A DNA stretch of 62,545 nucleotides from contig JBIOTW010000091.1 of assembly GCA_044866355.1 (NCBI GenBank), forward strand, positions 1 to 62,545, in the 5' to 3' direction. The position numbers were made by a program, and so were the translations under genes. Positions 44,699 through 54,784 of the stretch are shown piece after piece. The DNA is from Candidatus Limnocylindria bacterium. Its GTDB lineage: Bacteria > Chloroflexota > Limnocylindria > QHBO01. Each line of letters begins with the position of its first letter. The stretch's first letter is position 1. The notes beneath the pieces were generated by a model, which was not told the origin of the DNA, searched no databases, and worked only from the letters and a program-made list of their open reading frames with translations.

Positions 44699-46588
44699 AT
44701 GCGAACCGTGACCCGCGAGCACGATCTCGACCTGTGGCGCGAGCTCGGTCAGCAGCTCCGGGTGGACTCCATCCGAGCCTCCAGCGCTGCCGGCTCCGGC
44801 CATCCGACCTCATCGATGTCCGCGGCCGACCTCATGGCCGTCCTCCTGGCCGGCCACCTGCGGTACGACTTCGACAACCCCCAGGACCCGCGCAACGACC
44901 ACCTCATCTTCAGCAAGGGGCACGCCAGCCCGCTGCTGTACGCGATCTATCTGGCGGCCGGAGCGATCGGCGACGACGAGCTCCTCACGTTCCGCAAGCT
45001 TGGCAGCCGGATCGAAGGTCACCCCGCGCCGGTGCTGCCTTGGGTCGACGTGGCCACCGGCTCGCTGGGCCAGGGGCTGCCGATCGGCGTCGGGGTGGCG
45101 CTGGCCGGCAAGCGGCTCGACCAGCTTCCGTATCGAGTGTGGGTCCTGTGCGGCGACAGCGAGATGTCCGAGGGCTCGATGTGGGAGGCCATGGAGCATG
45201 CGGCCCATGCCGGGCTGGACAACCTGACCGCCGTCCTCGACGTCAATCGGCTGGGACAGACCGGCGAGACGATGCATGGCTGGGACCTCGACGCCTACGT
45301 CCGTCGCGCGCAGATGGCCGGCTGGAACGCCATGGCCATCGATGGGCACGACGTGGCCGAGATCGACCAGGCCTACACCGATGCCGCCCGCACCGAGCTC
45401 CGTCCCACGATGATCGTGGCCCGCACCGAGAAGGGTCATGGCGTGGCCGCGGTCGCCAACCAGAACGGGTTCCACGGCAAGCCGCTGGCTGATCCCGAGG
45501 CCGCGATCAAGGAGCTGGGAGGACTGCGCAACATCCGCGTCTCGGTGACTCCACCGGACCAGGCGATCGAGGTCCGTCCGCGTCCCGAGCCGGACGTCGT
45601 GCGCCTGCCCGCCTATGAGGTCGGGACGACGGAGGCCACCCGACGGGCGTACGGCGAGGCCCTGGCCGCGGTGGGAACCGCGCGCCGCGAGGTCGTGGCG
45701 CTCGACGGGGAGGTCAGCAACTCGACGTTCTCCGAGATCTTCCGGGAGGCGCATCCGGATCGGTACTTCGAGATGTTCATCGCCGAGCAGCAGATGGTGG
45801 CCGCGGCCATCGGTCTGCAGGTCCGTGGCTGGCGACCGTTCGCGTCGACCTTCGCCGCCTTCCTGACCCGGGCGTACGACTTCATCCGGATGGGGGCCGT
45901 GAGCCGGGCCGACATCTCCCTGGTCGGGTCCCACGCCGGCGTCAGCATCGGCGAGGACGGTCCATCCCAGATGGCCCTCGAGGACCTGGCCATGATGCGC
46001 GCCGTCCATGGCAGCACCGTCCTGTATCCATCCGACGCCAACCAGACGGCGGCGCTGGTGAACGAGATGGTCGACCGGCCCGGCATCGTGTTCCTGCGGA
46101 CGACGCGCGAGAAGACGCAGGTCATCTATCCGCCCGGCGAAGCGTTTCCCATTGGCGGGGCGCGCGTCGTGCGCAGCTCGCCCGACGACCAGGTGACCTT
46201 GATCGGGGCCGGCATCACGCTCCACGAGGCGTTGGCCGCCGCCGACGAGCTGGCGCGCGATGGCCTCCCGGCCCGCGTCATCGACCTGTACAGCGTCAAG
46301 CCCCTGGACGCCGCGGTCCTCCGCGAGGCGGCGGCCGCCACCGGGCGGCTCGTGACGGTAGAGGACCATTGGCCCGAAGGCGGCCTGGGTGACGCGGTGC
46401 TGGAGGTGTTCGCCAACACCGAGGAGCGACCACGGATCCTGCAGCTGGCCGTGCGCTTGATGCCAGGATCGGCGACACCCACGGAACAACTTGCCGCGGC
46501 CGGCATCGATGCCGCGGCCATCGCGGAAGCTGCCCGGAGCCTGATTGCCGTCACCGCGGCGCCGGTACCGGCCGACGTCGCGCACTAG
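44699..46588 (+). CDS. tkt: transketolase
   Basis: SGHPTSSMSAADL, GSLGQGLPIGVG, CGDSEMSEGSMWEA and a C-terminal Pyr/C domain (FIAEQQMV, GEDGPSQMALED). Confidence 0.92.
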   Translation: MRTVTREHDLDLWRELGQQLRVDSIRASSAAGSGHPTSSMSAADLMAVLLAGHLRYDFDNPQDPRNDHLIFSKGHASPLLYAIYLAAGAIGDDELLTFRKLGSRIEGHPAPVLPWVDVATGSLGQGLPIGVGVALAGKRLDQLPYRVWVLCGDSEMSEGSMWEAMEHAAHAGLDNLTAVLDVNRLGQTGETMHGWDLDAYVRRAQMAGWNAMAIDGHDVAEIDQAYTDAARTELRPTMIVARTEKGHGVAAVANQNGFHGKPLADPEAAIKELGGLRNIRVSVTPPDQAIEVRPRPEPDVVRLPAYEVGTTEATRRAYGEALAAVGTARREVVALDGEVSNSTFSEIFREAHPDRYFEMFIAEQQMVAAAIGLQVRGWRPFASTFAAFLTRAYDFIRMGAVSRADISLVGSHAGVSIGEDGPSQMALEDLAMMRAVHGSTVLYPSDANQTAALVNEMVDRPGIVFLRTTREKTQVIYPPGEAFPIGGARVVRSSPDDQVTLIGAGITLHEALAAADELARDGLPARVIDLYSVKPLDAAVLREAAAATGRLVTVEDHWPEGGLGDAVLEVFANTEERPRILQLAVRLMPGSATPTEQLAAAGIDAAAIAEAARSLIAVTAAPVPADVAH

Positions 46589-46601
46589 GAGGTATCGGTC
46601 C

Positions 46602-47705
46602 ATGAACACGCTCCAGCGGCTGTACGCCGAATTCGGGCAGAGCCCGTGGATCGACTCCATCGATCGCCAGATCATCGATTCCGGGGGCCTGCGGGGGCTG
46701 ATCGACGAAGGGATTCGCGGCCTGACCAGCAACCCCACGATCTTCGCCAAAGCGATTGCGGGTGGCTACTACGACGAGCTCATCGGTCGTCTGCACGCCG
46801 ATGCGTCGGACGGGCAGGCGATCTACGAGGCCGTCGCGGTGGGCGACATTCGGGATGCCGCTGACCTGCTGCGCCCGGTCTATGACGACGCGGACGGCGC
46901 CGATGGCCTGGCCTCGATCGAGGTCGAGCCGGCGCTCGCCAACGACAGCGACCGCAGCCTGGAGCGCGCGCGCGAGCTGTGGGCCCGCGTCGATCGCCCG
47001 AACATCTTCGTGAAGATCCCGGCCACGACGGCCGGGCTGCCGGCCATCGAAGCGGCCATCGCGGAGGGCATCAACATCAACGTGACCCTCATGTTCTCGG
47101 TGGACGTCTACCGCGAGGTGGCCGGTGCCTACCTGCGCGGGCTGCGACGCCGTTTGGCCGATGGCGGAGACGTGACGCGAATTGCTTCCGTGGCCAGCTT
47201 CTTCGTGAGTCGCGTCGACACCAAGGTCGACAAGCTCCTGGATGGGCTCGGGACCGATGCCGCGCGCCGGGCGCGCGGAACCGCGGCGGTGGCGAATGCG
47301 CAGCTGGCCTACCAGGCCTACACCGAGATCTTTGGCGGGGACGATTTTGCGGACCTCCGCGAGGCGGGCGCCCGGGTCCAGAGGTGCCTGTGGGCCAGCA
47401 CCTCGACCAAGGACCCGACATATCCCGACGTGAAATACGTGGAGGCGTTGATCGGCCCGGACACGGTCGACACCATGCCGCGCGAAACGATCGCCGCGGT
47501 GCTCGACCACGGGGAGCTGCGTCGCACCCTGGATGCCGACTTCGGCGCGGCGGCAGACGCGATCGCCGCGGTCGAGGCGCTGGGGATCTCGATGCAACAG
47601 GTCACCGACGAGCTCATCGCGGAGGGCGTGGAGGCATTCGGGAAGTCCTTCGACGAGCTGATGGCGACCATCGATGCCAAGCGGAGGGCACTCGCGACCG
47701 CATGA
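46602..47705 (+). CDS. tal: transaldolase (actinobacterial long type)
   Basis: GGAGGT lies upstream of ATG 46602. QSPWIDSI, TSNPTIFAKAI and FVKIPAT (Schiff-base Lys). Confidence 0.92.
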   Translation: MNTLQRLYAEFGQSPWIDSIDRQIIDSGGLRGLIDEGIRGLTSNPTIFAKAIAGGYYDELIGRLHADASDGQAIYEAVAVGDIRDAADLLRPVYDDADGADGLASIEVEPALANDSDRSLERARELWARVDRPNIFVKIPATTAGLPAIEAAIAEGININVTLMFSVDVYREVAGAYLRGLRRRLADGGDVTRIASVASFFVSRVDTKVDKLLDGLGTDAARRARGTAAVANAQLAYQAYTEIFGGDDFADLREAGARVQRCLWASTSTKDPTYPDVKYVEALIGPDTVDTMPRETIAAVLDHGELRRTLDADFGAAADAIAAVEALGISMQQVTDELIAEGVEAFGKSFDELMATIDAKRRALATA

Positions 47706-49372
47706 GCGGACCGCTCGAGGGCGCCGTCGCCGCCCGCCTGGGGCAGTGGGCGGGCGAGCGGGTGGCCCAGCGGCTGTGGGACCGAGACGGGAGCCTGTGG
47801 GCGGACAGCGGGCACGCCCCGGACCAGGTAGCCGCGTGGCTCGGGTGGCTGGACCTTCCGGAGAATATGGCGGCGCGGGTCGGGGAGATCCGGAACCTGG
47901 CCGCCGGGGTGGCGCGCGACGGGTACCGGCGGGCCGCCGTGCTGGGCATGGGCGGCTCCAGCCTGGCGCCCGAGCTGTGCGCGCGGTTGTTCGAGGGAGC
48001 CACCGAGCTGCGGGTCTGCGACTCGACCCATCCCGACGCGGTGCGCGGCTTTCGAAGCTGGGCCACCGCGGCGCGCAGCCTGCTGTGCGTCTCGTCCAAG
48101 TCGGGCACGACGACCGAATCACTGGCCTTTCACGCCAGCCTGGCCGACGTCGTCCCGGCCCTCGACTTCGTGGCCATCACCGACCCGGACACGCCGCTGG
48201 CCGAGCTGGCCCGCGCCCAGGAGTTCCGAGCGATCGTGGAGGGTGACCCCTCGGTCGGCGGCCGCTTCTCGGCCCTGTCGGTGTTCGGGCTCGTCCCGGC
48301 CGCGCTGCGCGGGGTGGACGTGGAGGCCGTCCTCGACGAGGCGCGGGCCATGGCGGCCGCGTGCCGCCGGCCGCCCGCCGACAACCCGGGTCTGCTGCTG
48401 GGAGCGGCCATCGGGGAGGCGGCACTGGCCGGGCGTGACAAGCTCACGCTCCTGACTACACCCCGACTGGCGAGTCTGGGAGACTGGGTCGAGCAGCTCG
48501 TCGCGGAGAGCACCGGCAAGGCGGGACGTGGGGTCGTGCCCATCGTCGGCGAGCCGGTGGCGGGCGCCGGGCAGTACGGCGCCGACCGCTGTTTCGTCAT
48601 CGTGACCCTGGCCGATGAGCCGTCATCCGGCGAGCTGGATGATCTGGCCGGGGCGTTGCGAGCCACCGGCCACCCGGTCCACGAGCTGACCCTGTCGCGC
48701 CCCGAGGCGGTCGGCGCCGAGTTCGTGCGCTGGGAGGTGGCGACCGCGGCGATCGGGATCATCCTGGGCGTCGACCCGTTCGACCAGCCCAACGTGGCTG
48801 AGGCCAAGGCGGCCACCGAGGAGCTCCTGGCCGACTACCGGCGAGATGGAGCGCTCCGGACGGCCATGCCCATCGTTGCCGAGCCGGATCTGGCCGCCTC
48901 CGCCGAACCCGCCACCCTGGGCGATGCGCCGCCGACTGTGGCCGCGGCCGTGCGGGCCCTGCTGGAGACGCTGGCCGACGGCGATTACTTCGCGATCCTG
49001 GCCTACCTCCCGCCCGACCCCGCAGTCCGAGAGGGCCTGGAGCACATCCGCGTCGCGGTCCGCGACGCGCTCGGCAACGCCACGACCGCGGGGATTGGCC
49101 CGCGGTACCTCCACTCGACCGGCCAGCTCCACAAGGGCGGGCCAGACAACGGGGTGTACCTGATGCTGACCGCGGACCCGCTCCGCGACCTGCCGATCCC
49201 CGGCCGCGCCGAGTCCTTCGGCACGCTGATCGCGGCCCAGGCCGCTGGCGATCTCGCTGCACTGCAACGCCGCGGCCGGCGCGTCCTCCGCCTGCACGCC
49301 GCGAATGCCGAGGCCGGGCTGGCGCGCGCGACGCAGCTGGTCGGCGAGGCGCTGGGCAGCCCGGTCGGGTAG
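47702..49372 (+). CDS. pgi: glucose-6-phosphate isomerase
   Basis: ATGA overlaps the tal stop (47702-47705). GMGGSSLAPE and SKSGTTTES motifs. Confidence 0.88.
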   Translation: MSGPLEGAVAARLGQWAGERVAQRLWDRDGSLWADSGHAPDQVAAWLGWLDLPENMAARVGEIRNLAAGVARDGYRRAAVLGMGGSSLAPELCARLFEGATELRVCDSTHPDAVRGFRSWATAARSLLCVSSKSGTTTESLAFHASLADVVPALDFVAITDPDTPLAELARAQEFRAIVEGDPSVGGRFSALSVFGLVPAALRGVDVEAVLDEARAMAAACRRPPADNPGLLLGAAIGEAALAGRDKLTLLTTPRLASLGDWVEQLVAESTGKAGRGVVPIVGEPVAGAGQYGADRCFVIVTLADEPSSGELDDLAGALRATGHPVHELTLSRPEAVGAEFVRWEVATAAIGIILGVDPFDQPNVAEAKAATEELLADYRRDGALRTAMPIVAEPDLAASAEPATLGDAPPTVAAAVRALLETLADGDYFAILAYLPPDPAVREGLEHIRVAVRDALGNATTAGIGPRYLHSTGQLHKGGPDNGVYLMLTADPLRDLPIPGRAESFGTLIAAQAAGDLAALQRRGRRVLRLHAANAEAGLARATQLVGEALGSPVG

Positions 49373-49401
49373 GTCATCATCGGGACGGAAGGAGGATTCG
49401 C

Positions 49402-50349
49402 ATGCAGGTCGGCATCGTGGGACTCGGCCGGATCGGGGCCGGCATGGCGCGACGCCTGGCGCGTGGCGGCCACCCGGTCGTGGTCTGGAACCGTACGGCC
49501 TCAGTCGCCACCGAGCTGGCCGCGGAGCCCGAGAACGGCGGCCAGGTCACCCCGGTCGCGTCCATTGATGAGCTGTGCGCGGCGCTGGAGTCACCCCGCC
49601 ACGTCCTCGTCAGCCTGCCGGCCGGCGCCGCTACCCAGGAGCTGATCGACCAGCTCGCCGACCGGCTCGTCCCGGATGACGTGATCGTGGACACCGGCAA
49701 CGCCAACTTCGCGGACAGCGCCCGGCGCGCGGAGGAGCTGGCGGCCCGCGGCCTGCGGTTCCTGGACATGGGCGTGTCCGGCGGGGTGTGGGGCCTGGAG
49801 GTCGGCTTCTGCGCGATGGTCGGCGGCGAGCGCGACATCTTCGATCGGTTCGAGCCAGTGGTGGCCACCCTCGCCCCGCCTGACGGCTACCTGTACTGCG
49901 GCCCGGCCGGGGCCGGCCACTACGTGAAGATGGTCCACAACGGGATCGAGTACGGCCTGATGGAAGCCTACGGCGAGGGATTCGACATCCTCCACGCCTC
50001 CGACTACGACCTCGACCTGGCCGCCATTGCCCGGCTGTGGAACCACGGCAGCGTCATTCGTTCCTGGCTGCTGGAGCTCGCGGCACACGCCTTTGAGAAG
50101 GAAGGGAACGACCTGGCCGGGATCGTGGGCTGGGTTGCCGACTCAGGCGAGGGCCGATGGACGGTGGCCGACGCCCTGGCCCACGACGTCCCTGCCCCGG
50201 TCATCACCCTGGCCCTCATCCAGCGACTCCGGAGCCGCCGCGCCCCCGACAGCTATACCGATAGGGTGCTGGCCGCCCTGCGTAACGAGTTCGGCGGCCA
50301 CGCGGTGAAATCGGCCGACGACACTTCGGCCGACGACGGGACTGGCTGA
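49402..50349 (+). CDS. gnd: 6-phosphogluconate dehydrogenase (decarboxylating), short form
   Basis: GGAAGGAGGA lies upstream. VGLGRIGAGMARRL, DTGNANF, MGVSGGVWG and GAGHYVKMVHNGIEYG. Confidence 0.9.
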   Translation: MQVGIVGLGRIGAGMARRLARGGHPVVVWNRTASVATELAAEPENGGQVTPVASIDELCAALESPRHVLVSLPAGAATQELIDQLADRLVPDDVIVDTGNANFADSARRAEELAARGLRFLDMGVSGGVWGLEVGFCAMVGGERDIFDRFEPVVATLAPPDGYLYCGPAGAGHYVKMVHNGIEYGLMEAYGEGFDILHASDYDLDLAAIARLWNHGSVIRSWLLELAAHAFEKEGNDLAGIVGWVADSGEGRWTVADALAHDVPAPVITLALIQRLRSRRAPDSYTDRVLAALRNEFGGHAVKSADDTSADDGTG

Positions 50350-50353
50350 GACG

Positions 50354-51934
50354 ATGACGATCGCGGCGCCCCCCGCCAAGCCGGTGACGACATCGGTCAA
50401 TCCGCTTCGTCAGGGGCTGCGCCAGGAGCGCATGCCGGAGCCGTGCACCATGGTCATCTGCGGCGCGACCGGCGACCTGACCCTGCGCAAGCTGGGTCCG
50501 GCCATCTACAACCTGGCCCTGGGGGGCCACCTGCCGCCGGAGTTCACGGTGGTGGGCTTCGCTCGCAGGCCGATGACCAGCGAAGAGTTCCATGCCCACC
50601 TGCGAGCGGGAATCGACCAGTTCAGCCGCAACCGACCCGTTTCGGAGTCGGTGTGGTCGGCGTTCACGGCCGGCGTCGAGTATCAGCAGGGCAACCTCGA
50701 CGACCCCGATGCCTACCAGGCCCTGGCCAAGCGCCTGGACCGCATCGACCGCGACCGGGGGACCGCAGGCAACCGGCTGTTCTACCTGGCCGTCCAGCCG
50801 TCCCTCACCCCGGACGTGGTCAGTCACCTTGGCGCGGCGGACCTGGCAGGGAGCAGCGTGCGAACCAGCGGCCGGCAGGGCTGGACCCGGGTCGTGGTCG
50901 AGAAGCCATTCGGATTCGACGAGCAATCGGCCCTGACCCTGAACCACCAGATCCGCGAGGTGTTCGCCGAGGAGCAGATCTATCGGATCGATCACTACCT
51001 CGGCAAGGAGACGGTCCAGAACCTGGCCGTCTTCCGCTTCGGGAATGGACTGTTCGAGCCGATCTGGAACCGGCGCTATATCGATTCGGTCCAGATCACG
51101 GTGGCCGAGACGGTGGGCGTCGAGGGGCGCGGCGAGTTCTACGACCAGACTGGGGCGCTGCGCGACATCGTTCAGAACCATGTCCTGCAGCTTCTGGCGG
51201 TGTTCGCCATGGAGCCGCCGGTGGAGTTCTCGGCCAACGACCTGCGTGACGAGAAGCTCAAAGTGCTTCGGGCGGTCAGACCGATGTCGGCCGAGGACAT
51301 CGTCAACAACACGGTCCGCGGCCAGTACATCAGCGGCTGGGTGGCGGGCGAGAAGGTCGGGGCCTACCGCGATGAGCCCGAGGTTGCCCCCGACTCGCAG
51401 ACCGAAACGTACGTTGGGCTGAAGCTGGGGATCGACTCCTGGCGCTGGGCCGGGGTGCCGTTTTACATCCGCACCGGGAAGGCGCTGGCGTCTCGGGTGA
51501 CTGAGATCGCGGTCCAGTTCCGGCGCGCGCCGCTGGCCCTGTTCGGGCGGGCCGGGGCGCCAGAGATCGATCCCAACGTGCTGGCCATTCGCGTCCAGCC
51601 CGACGAGGGCATCCTGATTCGCTTCGGGGCCAAGGTGCCCGGCCCCGGCCTGAACATCCGGGGCGTGAACATGGACTTCCGATACGGCAGCTCGTTCGCG
51701 GTCGACTCCCCCGACGCGTACGAGACGCTGCTCCTGGACTGCATGGTCGGGGACTCGACGCTGTTCACCCGTGACGATGAGCTCATCCGCGCGTGGCAGA
51801 TCCTTGATCCCATCGTCGCGGCCTGGCAGACCGACGGGGGCGGGCCGCTGCACTTCTACGCCGCCGGTAGCTGGGGACCGCCGGCGGCCGATGAGCTCCT
51901 GTCTCGCGACGGCCGCGAGTGGCGACGGCCATGA
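50354..51934 (+). CDS. zwf: glucose-6-phosphate dehydrogenase
   Basis: CGATGDLTLRKL, EKPFG and RIDHYLGKE. Confidence 0.93.
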   Translation: MTIAAPPAKPVTTSVNPLRQGLRQERMPEPCTMVICGATGDLTLRKLGPAIYNLALGGHLPPEFTVVGFARRPMTSEEFHAHLRAGIDQFSRNRPVSESVWSAFTAGVEYQQGNLDDPDAYQALAKRLDRIDRDRGTAGNRLFYLAVQPSLTPDVVSHLGAADLAGSSVRTSGRQGWTRVVVEKPFGFDEQSALTLNHQIREVFAEEQIYRIDHYLGKETVQNLAVFRFGNGLFEPIWNRRYIDSVQITVAETVGVEGRGEFYDQTGALRDIVQNHVLQLLAVFAMEPPVEFSANDLRDEKLKVLRAVRPMSAEDIVNNTVRGQYISGWVAGEKVGAYRDEPEVAPDSQTETYVGLKLGIDSWRWAGVPFYIRTGKALASRVTEIAVQFRRAPLALFGRAGAPEIDPNVLAIRVQPDEGILIRFGAKVPGPGLNIRGVNMDFRYGSSFAVDSPDAYETLLLDCMVGDSTLFTRDDELIRAWQILDPIVAAWQTDGGGPLHFYAAGSWGPPAADELLSRDGREWRRP

Positions 51935-53154
51935 TGCTGGAGCCGGTCCCCCCGGCCGACCCGACGCTGAAGCTCGAGCCGGATGCCACGCCCTACTGGG
52001 AGATGCGTGGCTGCACGGTCCGGATGGTGGAGTCCGAGCTGGCCCGGCTGTGGACCGCGGCCACGACCCGCGAGGATCGGGGCGACGGGACGGTGGTGAC
52101 CGAGAAGGGCGTGCCCCACTCGCGGACATCGGTCCTGAACCTGATCGTCACCGTCCGTGACGAGGCGGCCAGCGAACGCATCCAGGACACCCTGCTCAGC
52201 CTGGGGACCCGTCATCCGTCGCGCGCCATCGTCCTCCAGGCGGACGAAAACGCCGAAGGGGACCCGCTGGATGCCCGGATCCGGACCCATTGCCGCGACG
52301 GGGATGATCATCCGGGGCGGATCTGCTTCGAGCAGCTGGCGCTCACCGTTCGCGGCGAGGCCGCTCGCCACCTGGACGGCATCGTGGCACCGCTCGTCAT
52401 CCACGACCTCCCCACCGACGTGTGGTGGCCCGGCGACGCGCCGTTCCACGACCCGGTCTTCAACCAGCTGGTGGAGATGGGGGATCGCTTGGTCGTGAAC
52501 TCGACCCACTTCAGCGACCTGTCGGCTGGCCTGAAGCATCTGGCTGCCACCCGCCGGCGCGCGGGCGTGGGAGACATCGCCTGGGAGCGCCTCTCCCCCT
52601 GGCAGGAGCTGACCGCCCAGTTCTTCGATGCGCCGCGGTTTCGCCGATACCTGCCGAACCTGTCCCGTCTCCGGATCAAGTACGCGGTGGCCGAGGGCGC
52701 GGATCATCACCACAAATCACCCGAGTCGATGGCGCTGCTCTACGCGGGCTGGATCGCGACTCGCCTGGCCTGGCGGCGGGCTCGGCCCAAGGAGCCTCCC
52801 GCGCCGGGCGGAATGGGGATGATCCTCGAGGGCCGATACGAGATGGTCGACATCGGGATCGAGCCGGTGCCGACCCGTGACAACCCGCCCGGGGAGCTGC
52901 TCTCGGTCCGCCTCCGCGCGTTTGGGGAGGCGGGCTCGGCCGAGTTCATCGTCGACCGTCCAGCCGGCGAGGCCACCGTCGTGACCAATGCCGACGGGAT
53001 GACCGCCCTCCTGCGTCGGATTCCACTGAGCGCGGAGTCGGAGGCGGAGGTCCTCCGCCGCCAGCTGGTGCTGGACCAGCGCGACCTCCTGTACGAGGAC
53101 GCGCTCCGCGCGGCGGGGATCCTGCTCGCCGCTGCCCGCGAGGCGGCCGCTTGA
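51931..53154 (+). CDS. opcA: glucose-6-phosphate dehydrogenase assembly protein OpcA
   Basis: ATGA overlaps the zwf stop (51931-51934). The position between zwf and pgl and the LPTDVWWPGD motif support the call. Confidence 0.8.
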   Translation: MMLEPVPPADPTLKLEPDATPYWEMRGCTVRMVESELARLWTAATTREDRGDGTVVTEKGVPHSRTSVLNLIVTVRDEAASERIQDTLLSLGTRHPSRAIVLQADENAEGDPLDARIRTHCRDGDDHPGRICFEQLALTVRGEAARHLDGIVAPLVIHDLPTDVWWPGDAPFHDPVFNQLVEMGDRLVVNSTHFSDLSAGLKHLAATRRRAGVGDIAWERLSPWQELTAQFFDAPRFRRYLPNLSRLRIKYAVAEGADHHHKSPESMALLYAGWIATRLAWRRARPKEPPAPGGMGMILEGRYEMVDIGIEPVPTRDNPPGELLSVRLRAFGEAGSAEFIVDRPAGEATVVTNADGMTALLRRIPLSAESEAEVLRRQLVLDQRDLLYEDALRAAGILLAAAREAAA

Positions 53155-53903
53155 CGATCGAGATGGTCGTGCTGCCCACGCCGGCTGCCGTGGCAGCCGA
53201 GGCGGCCGATGGGTTCGTTTCCGCCGCCCGGCACGCCGTCCGCCATCGAGGCCGCTTCCTGGTGGCCCTCTCCGGGGGACGCACCCCGCACACCGCGTTT
53301 CACATGCTGCGGGCGACGCCGCGGGTGGGGCAGGTCGCGTGGGACAAGGTCGAGATCCTGTGGTCCGACGAGCGAGCCGTCCCGCCCGATGACCCCGAGT
53401 CCAACTACGGCGCCGCGCGCGAGTCGTTGCTCGACGCCTTGCCCGGACTGCGGCGCGAGGCGGTGCACCGGATGCGGGGCGAGGCCGCGGACCTCGACGC
53501 GGCGGCGCGCGAGTACGAGGACGAACTGAGACAGGTCACCGGCGCCGGTTCCGACGAGGTGCCGACCCTCGACCTGGTGTGGCTGGGAATGGGAACCGAC
53601 GGGCACACCGCTTCACTGTGTCCCGGCGACGACGCGCTGAAGGTCACCGACCGCCTGGTCGTCGCCACCTGGCCGCCCGGCTACGACACGCCCCGCCTGA
53701 CGCTCACCTACCCGGTCCTGAACGCGGCCCGCCAGGCGACCTTCGTGGTGACCGGCGCCGACAAGGCCGAGACGCTCGACGCGATCCGCCGGGGAGCGGA
53801 CTTGCCCGCCAGCCGAGTCCACGCGGAGCGGACGACATGGCTCGTGGACGCGGCGGCAGCCGGCCAGCCCGCCGCGAGCCAGCCAGCCGCAAGACCGGCG
53901 TGA
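53151..53903 (+). CDS. pgl: 6-phosphogluconolactonase
   Basis: ALSGGRTP, WSDERAVPPDDPESNY and GMGTDGHTASL. The start is TTG 53151 (overlapping the opcA stop) or ATG 53163. Confidence 0.9.
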   Translation: MTIEMVVLPTPAAVAAEAADGFVSAARHAVRHRGRFLVALSGGRTPHTAFHMLRATPRVGQVAWDKVEILWSDERAVPPDDPESNYGAARESLLDALPGLRREAVHRMRGEAADLDAAAREYEDELRQVTGAGSDEVPTLDLVWLGMGTDGHTASLCPGDDALKVTDRLVVATWPPGYDTPRLTLTYPVLNAARQATFVVTGADKAETLDAIRRGADLPASRVHAERTTWLVDAAAAGQPAASQPAARPA

Positions 53904-54163
53904 CGGGCCTGATCCTGCTGGTCGCCCTGGCCAACGGGGTGGCAGCCCTGGTCATCGGCCTGCCCGCCTGGCTCTCCTATCGCCGGCGCGAGGCGCGCGA
54001 CCTGAACGCGGAGCGCTACCTGACCTGGCGCGGCCGTGCCGCGCCGCCGGCCGCCTCATTGCGCGAGGGGATGACCGGCGCCGAGCGCCGACGGATCTGG
54101 ATCGGAGCCGCGCTCGGGATCATCGCCGCTGCCTGCCTGGTCATCGGTCTGTCATCCGGCTGA
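53900..54163 (+). CDS. small two-helix membrane protein (87 aa)
   Basis: GTG overlaps the pgl stop (GTGA at 53900-53903). LILLVALANGVAALVIGL and IGAALGIIAAACLVIGL. Confidence 0.45.
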   Translation: MTGLILLVALANGVAALVIGLPAWLSYRRREARDLNAERYLTWRGRAAPPAASLREGMTGAERRRIWIGAALGIIAAACLVIGLSSG

Positions 54164-54276
54164 CCCCCGTTTGACCGACCCAGGTCAGGACCGAGCAGTT
54201 TCGGAGAAGCCCGCCACCGCGGCACCTCGCTAGTATGGGGTCGTCCCATCAAGCCTTGATAGGGAGGAAAGCTGAA

Positions 54277-54753
54277 ATGACCGAGACGAAGAGGTCTGCC
54301 AAGAGCACGGCCGCCGCCAGCAAGCGAACCAGTGCCTTAAGTGACGTCGAACTGGCCGCGCTAAAGGAGACCGTGCAGGAGCGGAAGGCGGAAGCGCGCC
54401 GCGGCCGCGCCAAGAAGGCGGACGGGGAAAGCGATGTGATGGCGAAGATCGCCGAGATGCCGGAATCGGATCGCGCCATGGCGGAGCGGATCCACGCCAT
54501 CGTCAAGGACAGTGCACCAGCGCTCGCTCCTAAGACGTGGTACGGAATGCCCGCCTATGCCGACGAGGACGGCAAGATCGTCTGCTTCTTCCAGGCCGCG
54601 GACAAGTTCAAAGCGCGGTACGCAACGTTCGGCTTCGATCAGGCCGCGAACCTCGACGAAGGCACCATGTGGCCGACGTCCTACGCGCTGACGAAGTTGA
54701 CCGCCGCCGACGAGGCAAGGATCGCCGCGCTCCTGCGGAAAGCGGTGAGCTGA
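54277..54753 (+). CDS. DUF1801 (YdhG-like) domain protein
   Basis: GGGAGGAAAG lies upstream of ATG 54277. WYGMPAY ... [21 protein letters not shown]. Confidence 0.75.
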   Translation: MTETKRSAKSTAAASKRTSALSDVELAALKETVQERKAEARRGRAKKADGESDVMAKIAEMPESDRAMAERIHAIVKDSAPALAPKTWYGMPAYADEDGKIVCFFQAADKFKARYATFGFDQAANLDEGTMWPTSYALTKLTAADEARIAALLRKAVS

Positions 54754-54784
54754 GGGCTGAGCTCGCCGCTATTAGGATTGACCG

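Noticed and set aside
44810-46750. A 646-aa minus-strand ORF
   Set aside because: It is antisense to transketolase, which carries unmistakable TPP-enzyme motifs.
46979-49372. A 797-aa ORF that could be read as a Tal-PGI fusion
   Set aside because: Its first 240 codons or so run over tal in a different frame and are Arg/Gly-rich. PGI motifs begin only after ATG 47702, which overlaps the tal stop codon, so these are two separate genes.
50216-52129. A 637-aa minus-strand ORF
   Set aside because: It is antisense to zwf (RIDHYLGKE and related motifs), with off-frame Arg/Pro-rich composition.
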